Shown here: positions 1 to 7,789 of the stretch, one piece after another
Position numbering within the stretch: position 1 is the first letter of the stretch
Layout of the letters: the number at the start of each line of letters is the position of its first letter
Origin: an uncultured Candidatus Saccharibacteria bacterium
GTDB taxonomy: Bacteria > Patescibacteriota > Minisyncoccia > Phycocordibacterales > UBA10002
Assembly (NCBI GenBank): GCA_964366535.1
Contig: CAYIUC010000004.1
Location: 1 to 40,394, forward strand
Length of the DNA: 40,394 bases
Direction of reading: 5' to 3'
Translations under genes and position numbers: made by a program
Notes under the pieces: model-generated
What the model saw: the letters and a program-made list of their open reading frames with translations, nothing else
Databases searched by the model: none
What the model was told of the DNA's origin: nothing

Positions 1-7
1 AGGAGTA

Positions 8-499
8 TTATGAGAACCTAACAGCGTCTGTCCTACTTGAGGGGTAGCGGGAGGCGTGACCTTTATACGCCGGATTGCCCTCAATCAAACGCACTTCGAG
101 CGCGTCAATCGTGAGCACCAAGTCCGCCTGCGTCTCGCACCGATACACTGCACCCCAATTGTCGTCCAAATAGACAAGAGGTACTCCGCCGGAGCATTCT
201 GAATTTTTGGCACCCGCCGCAAACCACGCTTCCGAACGAATTGGCGAGCTCAAACCGCATACCACGACATCAGGACGGACATTGTAAAAAATGTCCTTCG
301 GCGAAATATCCCACGGCTCTTTAGTGCCAATCGGCCCTTCGGCGACGATGCAGTTATCAAACCCTGCACCTTTCCACTCTGCGAGCGACAACCCTTCGGC
401 GACGACACGGATTTCCGCGCCCTGCGCCTGCAACACTTTCGCAATCCGCACTCCGATTTTCCCGGGTTTCAGGTCCCGAGTTACAAACAGTACTTTCAT
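8..499 (-). CDS. Hypothetical protein resembling the N-terminal Rossmann half of a GT-B glycosyltransferase-like protein; probably C-terminally truncated
   Basis: 163 aa ORF with MKVLFV..D..P beta-alpha start and 'RPDVVVCG' and 'VYLDDNWG' segments typical of GT-B N-domains. SD-like AGAGG upstream. Ends in an atypical tail 7 nt from the window edge. Confidence 0.5.
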   Translation of the reverse strand: MKVLFVTRDLKPGKIGVRIAKVLQAQGAEIRVVAEGLSLAEWKGAGFDNCIVAEGPIGTKEPWDISPKDIFYNVRPDVVVCGLSSPIRSEAWFAAGAKNSECSGGVPLVYLDDNWGAVYRCETQADLVLTIDALEVRLIEGNPAYKGHASRYPSSRTDAVRFS

Positions 500-613
500 T
501 TAGTACCTCTACTTTCTCGCCTTTTCGGCGAGTCGCCGATGAGGCGACTTTTTGGTTTTTTTACATTTCAAACAGCAAAAACAGCGCGTCCTCCGTGCCG
601 TTTTCTGTGGTGT

Positions 614-642
614 ATACTAACACATGTATAAAAACAATGCAA
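614..642 (-). promoter_or_regulatory. Sigma70-type promoter for ORF 8..499
   Basis: Minus strand TTGCAT (637-642), 17 nt spacer, TAGTAT (614-619), with TG extended -10 motif. Confidence 0.6.
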
Positions 643-719
643 GCCCAGCCGCATCGGCGTTTGTCCACTTGCGTTTCTGAAAGATACTGTAGCATAATAA
701 TCGCTAAACCATAAAATGT

Positions 720-830
720 ATGAGCGACATCACGAACGCAATAACAAATTTTTATATCGTAGGAGCACTATTCGCCATTGCGCTTATTTCCCTGGGCATT
801 GCTGCAAAAAATAGGGAGAATAAGAAATAA
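720..830 (+). CDS. Putative small single-pass membrane peptide, 36 aa (MSDITNAITNFYIVGALFAIALISLGIAAKNRENKK)
   Basis: Read manually: ATG 720 to TAA 830; one ~19-residue hydrophobic stretch followed by a basic tail. Below the ORF-track size cutoff. Confidence 0.55.
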   Translation: MSDITNAITNFYIVGALFAIALISLGIAAKNRENKK

Positions 831-836
831 AATACC

Positions 837-920
837 ATGTCTACCAATATGTACATTCTCGCAGGGCTTGTTGCCGTGTTCATCATACTTGTCGGAATCT
901 TAATTAAAAAGAGCAAGTAG
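837..920 (+). CDS. Putative small single-pass membrane peptide, 27 aa (MSTNMYILAGLVAVFIILVGILIKKSK)
   Basis: Read manually: ATG 837 to TAG 920, 6 nt after the previous peptide; hydrophobic helix plus KKSK tail; followed by a hairpin. Confidence 0.55.
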   Translation: MSTNMYILAGLVAVFIILVGILIKKSK

Positions 921-932
921 CGAGGCGGTAAC

Positions 933-957
933 AAAAATCCCCCGACAGGCGGGGGAT
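933..957 (-). terminator. Intrinsic terminator after the DMT gene (possibly bidirectional)
   Basis: Perfect stem ATCCCCCG/CGGGGGAT with 5-nt loop; A-run at 933-937 gives a U-tract on the minus strand. Confidence 0.7.
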
Positions 958-976
958 GATGAGAGTACGCATATGG

Positions 977-1903
977 TTATGCGCCGACTGGTTTACGCAC
1001 AATGAGTGCGCGAAGCGCATTCCATGCCACGCTGTCCATAAGCACAAGTGCTACGAGATATAGCGCGAAACCAATGAAATGATTCGCTTGAATCGATTCT
1101 CCGAACAGGAGTACACCAAGCGCAACTGTCATCGTCAGATAACTTCCGTTCATCACCAATTTCTTGAGTGATATGAACGCTCCCTCTTTGTACGCAAAAA
1201 GCGAGAACGACCACATAAAAAAAGTGGCGATGCCGACAATAACAGACGCCCCTACATATATGGACAGCGATGGCACTGCAATGTTCCACGCGCCGCCACC
1301 GAGTATGCCGACAAGCAACGCAGCGATTGCCAGCGTGCCGCCCCCCCACATATTTTGCGCGTATGGGTGAATGCGTTTCGTGGTCTGCACGATAAACTGA
1401 TTAAATGCAAGCCCAATGGTGTTGCCAAATGCAAACCATACCCATACCGGTAGCCGAAGTGCCTCCGCAAGTGAAGGAAATCCCAGTATTGCGTGTCCTC
1501 CGAGAATGCCGATTGTTAGACCGAGCCATTCGCGTATTCCAAGCGCATGTTTAAACCAAAACCGATCTAGCAGTGCGCCCGGAACAATAGAAAGCGTACT
1601 GATGAAAGTAACGACAATCACCGAACCGCCGTACTGAAACGCCGCCAATGCGGAAATATTGCATACAAGAGCGCCACATCCGAAGGCGACGGCTCCCCAT
1701 TTGCTTCCAGCGTCGCTTTTAATCTTCTCCGAAAGCCATGCGCGAGCGAGCGCGCCCAGACCCCACTGCATAGCGCCACCAATCGCAGCAATCCCCGTAA
1801 TCGCTGGAAGGTTTTGGGTTGCACTACCGAGTATTTTCTGCAAGACGCGTACAACCGTCTTCATTGTCGCCTCCAACACCGTCCACCGCATCCATTTTTG
1901 CAT
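977..1903 (-). CDS. DMT/EamA-superfamily membrane transporter
   Basis: 308 aa with many hydrophobic helices and two EamA-like repeats ending 'LLDRFWFKHALGIREWLG' and 'LGVLLFGESIQANHFIG'. AAAGGA SD before the ATG. Confidence 0.75.
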   Translation of the reverse strand: MQKWMRWTVLEATMKTVVRVLQKILGSATQNLPAITGIAAIGGAMQWGLGALARAWLSEKIKSDAGSKWGAVAFGCGALVCNISALAAFQYGGSVIVVTFISTLSIVPGALLDRFWFKHALGIREWLGLTIGILGGHAILGFPSLAEALRLPVWVWFAFGNTIGLAFNQFIVQTTKRIHPYAQNMWGGGTLAIAALLVGILGGGAWNIAVPSLSIYVGASVIVGIATFFMWSFSLFAYKEGAFISLKKLVMNGSYLTMTVALGVLLFGESIQANHFIGFALYLVALVLMDSVAWNALRALIVRKPVGA

Positions 1904-1944
1904 GCGATATCCTTTCTTTTTTGTTGTTCAAGAACTCTAAAAAC

Positions 1945-1973
1945 ACACTAACATACAAGAAGGAAAGACGCAA
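1945..1973 (-). promoter_or_regulatory. Sigma70-type promoter for the DMT gene
   Basis: Minus strand TTGCGT (1968-1973), 17 nt spacer, TAGTGT (1945-1950), with TG extension. Confidence 0.55.
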
Positions 1974-1979
1974 GCCCTA

Positions 1980-3044
1980 TTACTTTATCGGCACTAGGTT
2001 CTTGTTGTTATTTTTCCACGCCGTTTGGAGAACGGACATAACCGAGAGAGCGCTTTCAAACGCAAGCGGGGATTCAGAAGCGCGCACTTTGCCCGAAAAG
2101 ATGTCTGCGAGATGCAGCGTTTCTTGGTAGAAGTCATCTGGGCGTTTCTTCGGAAACACTTCTTCTTTTACTTGCCCATCTACGCCAGCATATCGCACAA
2201 GGTCGCCGCCGCCAGCGGCGCCACCGCAATGCCATTCAATAAATCCGTCTACACCTTGCACGCGTGCCCACTTACGCGTCGGTTTGGTAACCACATCCTG
2301 AATCACGCGGCCGATTTTCTTTTTGTCGGTCTCAAACGCAAACGCGGCAAGTGAATCATATTCCACTTGTTTATTTTTAGTTACATTTAGCGCCGCCGAG
2401 ACCTTTTTCCAATTCCCAAGACCCGCGATGCGAGCAAGATACTGCCACAAATGCAAAGCGTGCGAATTTTCTCCCGACGCTCCTCCGCCCTTTTTCCAAA
2501 ATCCCAAGTAAGTGTCCTGCGGGCCTTTTAGCCACGGGTGCGCCTTGAATATTCCCTCCCAATGTTCGCGGAACTCCACATCAAGCGTTACAACTTCTCC
2601 CGCTACGCCTTCTTTTATAAGCGCGGCGACGCGGTTGGTGGACTTAGCAACTGCGTGATCGTACCCTACAATTACTTTCGTGTCTTTTTGCTTTTTGTAT
2701 GCCACAACAAATTTCTTCAAATCAGGGTCAAACGGCGCACAGAGCGGTTTTTCCAACTGGAGTATGCGCGGCTTTTCTTTGAGCATTTCAAGCGCAACCT
2801 TCATACGCACATTGGGCGGCGTGCCAACCATAATAATGTCAAACCCGCCAGTAGGCGCGGTGTCGGGCGTATATTGTTTAATGCTTACATCCCACGCGCC
2901 GTAGCGCGTTGGGTAAATGCTTGTTTTCATCCGTTCCAACGCTTTCGGGTCGGCATCTACAACGCACACTTCCCAACCCATGCGCCGACACGCTTGCGCC
3001 AAATGGTTGCCTATAGATCCCGCGCCGATGATTTTTACTTTCAT
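1980..3044 (-). CDS. Gfo/Idh/MocA-family NAD(P)-dependent oxidoreductase
   Basis: IIGAGSIG Rossmann motif, 'VGTPP', EKP motif, 'GGGASGENSHALH' catalytic-region motif. Confidence 0.85.
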   Translation of the reverse strand: MKVKIIGAGSIGNHLAQACRRMGWEVCVVDADPKALERMKTSIYPTRYGAWDVSIKQYTPDTAPTGGFDIIMVGTPPNVRMKVALEMLKEKPRILQLEKPLCAPFDPDLKKFVVAYKKQKDTKVIVGYDHAVAKSTNRVAALIKEGVAGEVVTLDVEFREHWEGIFKAHPWLKGPQDTYLGFWKKGGGASGENSHALHLWQYLARIAGLGNWKKVSAALNVTKNKQVEYDSLAAFAFETDKKKIGRVIQDVVTKPTRKWARVQGVDGFIEWHCGGAAGGGDLVRYAGVDGQVKEEVFPKKRPDDFYQETLHLADIFSGKVRASESPLAFESALSVMSVLQTAWKNNNKNLVPIK

Positions 3045-3060
3045 ATGTGGTTATACTATT

Positions 3061-3783
3061 TTATAAAAACTTTTCTTGGTGCTTCTTCATAAGTTCTTCG
3101 GCAATCATAAAGTCAATTATATTATCTATATTCACCGACTCCCACTCATCCATCACATACCCCGCAATTTTCTCGCCCGTCATTGATTTCTTCTCCAAAA
3201 CCGTCTCTGGCCAAAAGGCGTTCATCGAGCCATTGTTTTGATATACGGGCGGGAGGAGCTGGCGCGCTGCGTTGTACGGCTCTTTCATACCCGTATGCTC
3301 TTCGGAAAGAAATGGCAGAATGTGCTCGCCAGTTATGCGCCACATTTTAAAAGGATGCTTGTCTGCCTTTGCAACAGCGCGCACCGAGTCCGCACCCGAT
3401 CGCCCAATCTTTTTTAGAAGCGCGATTCCTTCCGCAATGCGCGACGCGCGCCGAAGCGGCGCGGTCGCACGCAAATCCACCACCATATCGGGCAACTCGC
3501 CCGCGTCAGCGAGCGCGCGCAAGTGGTGCTCAAATACCGGTAAGTCAAGCGTAAGGTCCTGCGCCAATTCTTTTGGCCGTTCAAACACTTCCGCGCCGTG
3601 CGCTCGCGCCACCGCCGCAATCTCGGCATCGTCTGTGTTTACAATCACGCGCGTAATTTCCGGCACTTTCCGCGCCGCCTCAATAGTCCACGCAATAAGC
3701 GGCTTGCCGCACAAATCCTTTACATTTTTGCCCGGCACCCCTTTGCTACCACCGCGAGCGGGGATGATTGCATAAATCTTCAT
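3061..3783 (-). CDS. neuA: Acylneuraminate (CMP-ulosonic acid) cytidylyltransferase, NeuA family
   Basis: AIIPARGGSKGVPGKN motif, GKPLIAWTI, 'VNTDD', 'ERPKELAQD', 'SVNIDNIIDF'. Start moved to ATG 3783 (MKIYAII). Confidence 0.9.
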   Translation of the reverse strand: MKIYAIIPARGGSKGVPGKNVKDLCGKPLIAWTIEAARKVPEITRVIVNTDDAEIAAVARAHGAEVFERPKELAQDLTLDLPVFEHHLRALADAGELPDMVVDLRATAPLRRASRIAEGIALLKKIGRSGADSVRAVAKADKHPFKMWRITGEHILPFLSEEHTGMKEPYNAARQLLPPVYQNNGSMNAFWPETVLEKKSMTGEKIAGYVMDEWESVNIDNIIDFMIAEELMKKHQEKFL

Positions 3784-3810
3784 ATACGATATATAACTAC
3801 AAAAACAGAC

Positions 3811-3841
3811 AAAAAGAAACACCCGAACAAGTCGAGTGTTT
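3811..3841 (-). terminator. Intrinsic terminator downstream of the HAD gene
   Basis: Minus-strand stem AAACACUCGA/UCGGGUGUUU (one G-U pair) followed by CUUUUU. Confidence 0.6.
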
Positions 3842-3842
3842 T

Positions 3843-3960
3843 AGAGCGCGAAACAAAACACATTTTCAAAATGTCTGGAAGCGAGACGCGAGCCGACTGC
3901 TTGCAGTACGGCGAGCGCGAGTGGCCCGAGGACTTTTGAAAATGTCGTTTTGTGAAGCGG
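3843..3960. repeat. ~120-bp palindromic MITE/REP-like element
   Basis: Imperfect ~23-bp inverted repeats (3853-3875 ACAAAACACATTTTCAAAATGTC; 3931-3953 GACTTTTGAAAATGTCGTTTTGT) enclosing an inner stem GCCG-ACTG(CTTG)CAGT-A-CGGC. Non-coding; abuts the HAD stop codon. Confidence 0.6.
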
Positions 3961-4623
3961 TTACGCCAACAGCGCCGGCAACTCGGCGACTGACTTGATA
4001 AGCGGAAATTTGACAGTGTCCGCTGTCCATTTGTTCCACTCGTTGGCGACTCCGATGAAGTCACACTGAAACTCCCGTGCGGCTTTCCAGTCACCTTCGC
4101 TGTCGCCGACAAAGAGCATGGCTCCATGGTCCACACGCGCAATGTGTTGCGCGCGGGCGAGATTTTGCTCTTTGGTCAGTGGCTGACCAAAAATCCCGCA
4201 AAAGTGATGCGCGATGTCAAACTTCTTCACCGACTCTTGCACTGCAACTTCCGGTGTCGCAGAGTTTACAAATAACTCGCGACTTTGTGTGCGCAGTGTT
4301 ACGAGCGCGGCTTCCGTCCCCTCCGGCATTCCGGATTGCTCCAAGAGTTTATTAACGATGGTGTTGTAGCCGTCGGCGTAGGCGGCCGCAATCAGTTCAT
4401 ACTTCGCGCATGACATCAAGCGGAATGACTCGCGTAAGATGTCGTACCGAGACCCTTTTCCGCCGCTGTACTTTTCCCTTTGCCCCTGGAATATCTGCTT
4501 GTGAGCCAAACCCCATGGGCGTACGAGCATGTCCCACGCCTCCTGCTTCAACCCCTCGCCTCCCACTGTGAGCACTCCGTCAAAATCAAAGATCACTACC
4601 GACTTTCTCTTCATTTTTTTCAT
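3961..4623 (-). CDS. HAD-superfamily phosphatase (phosphoglycolate-phosphatase-like, capped)
   Basis: Motif I FDFDGVL, motif II VNSAT, motif III K, motif IV FVGDSEGD. Confidence 0.85.
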   Translation of the reverse strand: MKKMKRKSVVIFDFDGVLTVGGEGLKQEAWDMLVRPWGLAHKQIFQGQREKYSGGKGSRYDILRESFRLMSCAKYELIAAAYADGYNTIVNKLLEQSGMPEGTEAALVTLRTQSRELFVNSATPEVAVQESVKKFDIAHHFCGIFGQPLTKEQNLARAQHIARVDHGAMLFVGDSEGDWKAAREFQCDFIGVANEWNKWTADTVKFPLIKSVAELPALLA

Positions 4624-4656
4624 AACTTTTTTTCGTTTTTTCCATCTACCATATTA

Positions 4657-6213
4657 TCACCCCTTCTCTACTTCGTCAAATTGGTGGCGACCCCAGTTTA
4701 GGAGCTTTGTCTTGCGCTCCGGTCGCGGCATTGCAGATATTGTTTTATCTATATAATACGAATCGCCTTGCGTTTCTAAAGATGTAGTAGAGATTTCCTC
4801 AAAAATCACTCCGGTGTCGGTGCGGAAGCCGTGCCACACGCCGCGCGGCATCCACAAAGTGTCGCCAGGGTAGAGCATTTTCTTCTTTCCCTCCACATCC
4901 ATTTCCACCGTGCCCGCAAGCACATGGAAGCTTTCGTCCTTCACCTTGTGGTAATGCACCGGGTGGTACTGGCCGTGGAATTGCACGATAAGTTTGCGCG
5001 CGTACTCACGATTTATGCAATCCAAAATAATGCACCCGACTTCCTTAAACTTTTGTAGTCCGTAGTGGTGCGATACCTCTACCGTAAAGTCGTGCGAGAG
5101 CGGAATCTTAGCAGTATTTAGCATCGCCTTCGCCTCGCGCACCGCTTCGTAAATAGCATCGCGCTTGGAAAACCCGCGCACCGCGAGCGCCCCTGCAAGT
5201 GCTTCGCCCTCTGCATAGTCGCGGTCGGCAATAGCCCCAGCACGAAACTCGCCGCTAGTTAGGTGTTCTGGCGATACCAAAGGCATTGCGAAGAATACTT
5301 GCTCGCGCGAAATTTTCTCGCCCTTGCGAATCGGCACTTTCGCAAACACGCACCGCTTCAATGATTGCAAGTCGGCGCGCTCGGCGTCCGTTACTGGCCT
5401 GCCCGAGCCGCCGCAGGCGGCGACTGCGTTTTTGTACGCCGCTAGCCAAAGGCGCAATTCTTGCGGATTTGCGGAGTATGCGTTCAGCGTAATCTTTTCT
5501 GTCGGAACTCCGATGTGTTTCTCAAATATGCGCGCGCCTTTAGCATACGCCATACCTACCGCCCCAGTGTCGTTCGGCGCTTCGTGCGTAGAAAATCCGA
5601 TGGTGAGGTGCGGGTAACGATTGCGAAGCGTTTCAATGAAATCAAGCGAGAATTTGTCGGAGGGCGTAGGATATATCGCAACGCAGTGCATCAAAGCGAA
5701 GTGTACCCCGCGATGTTCAAAAAACGACACTACTTTATCTACTTCCTTTATTGAAAGTCCGCCGACTGAAACAATCACCGGCTTCCCTACTCCAGCAATC
5801 TTTTCCAAAAGCGGCCAATCGGTAGCGCTGCAACTCGCCACCTTCACAATCTCCACGCCGAGCGAATTCAGAAAATCCACCGACGGCTCATCAAATGGAG
5901 TCGCCATTGTGTATAGCCCCGCGCGGCGCGTTTCCTCCACCAATTCCCGAAATTCATCGCGAGAGAGGCGTGTAGATAGAAAGCGCGGGATGTGCTTCAC
6001 CTCCTTGCGCTCGCGAAATGCGGGGTGAATAAACGAGTCCAAGTCGCGCAATTGGAGCTTCACCGCCGCGCGCACGCCGTGCTCCTTCACTGCCGCCGCC
6101 GCCTCGCGGATAATGCGCTTGCCGTGCTCCAAAGACCCTTGATGGTTGTTCGCCATCTCCAGAGTAAACAGCCCGTCAAAAGAAAATTTGGGTGTGCCAA
6201 ATGAAGGCATCAT
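4657..6213 (-). CDS. neuB: NeuB-family PEP-dependent ulosonate synthase fused to a SAF domain and a C-terminal cupin (D-lyxose/mannose isomerase-like)
   Basis: LEMANNHQG, TPFDE, KVAS, MHCVAIYPT, GFSTHE, IFEKH motifs; SAF-like 'RCVFAKVPIRKGEKI'; cupin 'HPVHYHKVKDESF...PRGVWHGF'. Confidence 0.88.
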   Translation of the reverse strand: MMPSFGTPKFSFDGLFTLEMANNHQGSLEHGKRIIREAAAAVKEHGVRAAVKLQLRDLDSFIHPAFRERKEVKHIPRFLSTRLSRDEFRELVEETRRAGLYTMATPFDEPSVDFLNSLGVEIVKVASCSATDWPLLEKIAGVGKPVIVSVGGLSIKEVDKVVSFFEHRGVHFALMHCVAIYPTPSDKFSLDFIETLRNRYPHLTIGFSTHEAPNDTGAVGMAYAKGARIFEKHIGVPTEKITLNAYSANPQELRLWLAAYKNAVAACGGSGRPVTDAERADLQSLKRCVFAKVPIRKGEKISREQVFFAMPLVSPEHLTSGEFRAGAIADRDYAEGEALAGALAVRGFSKRDAIYEAVREAKAMLNTAKIPLSHDFTVEVSHHYGLQKFKEVGCIILDCINREYARKLIVQFHGQYHPVHYHKVKDESFHVLAGTVEMDVEGKKKMLYPGDTLWMPRGVWHGFRTDTGVIFEEISTTSLETQGDSYYIDKTISAMPRPERKTKLLNWGRHQFDEVEKG

Positions 6214-6254
6214 AGGGAGTTATGTGTACTGCAACTCCGCCAGAAAGTCAAATG

Positions 6255-7655
6255 TTACCGCGGCAGTACGGCAAGTATTTCGCTAGCAAGCCGGCGATCC
6301 GAATTGCCGTCAAGCCGGTAGCACTGCTCGCTTGTAAGCCGTTCGCGCGAGGCGCGGTCGCGCTCGGGGTTTGTAATGTATTCGCCAAGCGCCGTTCGGA
6401 GCTTAGCAAGTGATCCTACTAGACGGATACCGCCAGTCGCCGCCGCTTTCTGATAATGTGTGGATTGGTAGTACGGGTGCATACGCGATATTTCTTTTCC
6501 GTCTTTGATATCAAAGTTTATATTAATCACAGGCACACCGGCAACGGCGGCGTCAATGCTCAAACTTGTGTAGTAACACACAACCGCGCTCGCATAATGC
6601 AAGCTGTTGCGCAAACGCGCGAGGTCTGATTCTGTCATATCCCAATTTTGACCGCGCGTGCGCGCGAAGCGAGCGTCTGGAAGCGCTTCGCGAAACTTGA
6701 CTCCGGGTATGTCGTATACAATGCGTGGATGTTTCGGCCATTCCTCAAGATGCACTGGGTCATTCGGATGAAAACGCACGAGAAGGTACAGATTGCGTTC
6801 GTTGAAAGCTCCTGACTCAAACCATTCGGCAAGAATAGACACGAGCGCGCGGTCTAGCTCCGGACGAGTCGTATCAAAGTGCGCGCCGAGCGGCGCATAA
6901 AGAACAAACCGCGCATCTTGCGGCAACCCAAGCGAAGAAAGAAACTCGCCGCGTTTCGCAAACGGACCGCGCACGAGGTGATCATGCTGTACGGTGCCGC
7001 AGACGCGTACGCGCTCTACGGGCATATCTGCATACTCGGCGAGCTCGGCGCGCACAATTTCATTAAACGCAATGAATCGGTCGGGCAAATGGCGTAGCAT
7101 CCAGCGAGTTGTAACGCGATCCCAAGTATTCACAAGCCCCACAGAGAGTACTCCTCGGCGTTTCGCTTCGCCTAGAAGCGCCGCTTCTTGGTCGTCAAAC
7201 AAATCTGCAAGAAATATTAGGTCGGGTCGGTATTCTTCAAACACTGTCGCGTACTCTTTGTGCATTACAAGATGCTTGTCTGCAAAACGCGCGATGCGGC
7301 GGAACCACGACCGTGCGAATGCGCGGTTGAAAAGTAAGCTAAACGCAAAACGAGCGGCGCTACCGTTCTCCTCGTAGTGTACGCGGCGGCGCAAATCCAC
7401 GGTCTTAGTGCGCAATAGATACATCTTTAGGCGCGAGAAGAAACGCTCCGCGCGCGTGCGCACAAACGGCGGCAGTACAACGATGGTCGTTTCGGGATTA
7501 GCGCACATCGCGCGGTACACATCGGCAAGCTGTGCGTTGCGAAAGAGTAGTACTATTCGCACTCCATGCTCTTCGCGCAGTAGATCGTACACGCCGGTGC
7601 GTATTATATTTTTCGCCTCTACGCCCGAAAAGAGCGGGATAAAAATGGTCTTCAT
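6255..7655 (-). CDS. GT-B fold transferase, TagF/CDP-glycerol-phosphotransferase-like ('WD-motif' paralogue 1); candidate ulosonic-acid transferase
   Basis: 'NTWDRVTT', 'VRFHP', 'TSLSIDAA', C-terminal 'YRLDGNSDRR'; directly upstream of neuB. Start at ATG 7655 (MKTIFIP). Confidence 0.7.
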   Translation of the reverse strand: MKTIFIPLFSGVEAKNIIRTGVYDLLREEHGVRIVLLFRNAQLADVYRAMCANPETTIVVLPPFVRTRAERFFSRLKMYLLRTKTVDLRRRVHYEENGSAARFAFSLLFNRAFARSWFRRIARFADKHLVMHKEYATVFEEYRPDLIFLADLFDDQEAALLGEAKRRGVLSVGLVNTWDRVTTRWMLRHLPDRFIAFNEIVRAELAEYADMPVERVRVCGTVQHDHLVRGPFAKRGEFLSSLGLPQDARFVLYAPLGAHFDTTRPELDRALVSILAEWFESGAFNERNLYLLVRFHPNDPVHLEEWPKHPRIVYDIPGVKFREALPDARFARTRGQNWDMTESDLARLRNSLHYASAVVCYYTSLSIDAAVAGVPVININFDIKDGKEISRMHPYYQSTHYQKAAATGGIRLVGSLAKLRTALGEYITNPERDRASRERLTSEQCYRLDGNSDRRLASEILAVLPR

Positions 7656-7703
7656 GTACCCTCTAGTAAACCACAAAAAACCCCTTTCTGTTATGCATTT
7701 TCC

Positions 7704-7727
7704 CGTTGAGCCGAAGGATGAGCCGAT
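7704..7727. repeat. 24-bp direct repeat, copy 1 (CGTTGAGCCGAAGGATGAGCCGAT)
   Basis: Identical to 8584-8607; contains internal tandem TGAGCCGA x2 with a 12-bp period. Confidence 0.9.
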
Positions 7728-7789
7728 AAAAATCCCTCCGAATATAAGCTACAAAACATCCTTACATACTTGAGAATGTTGGGGTGTTG

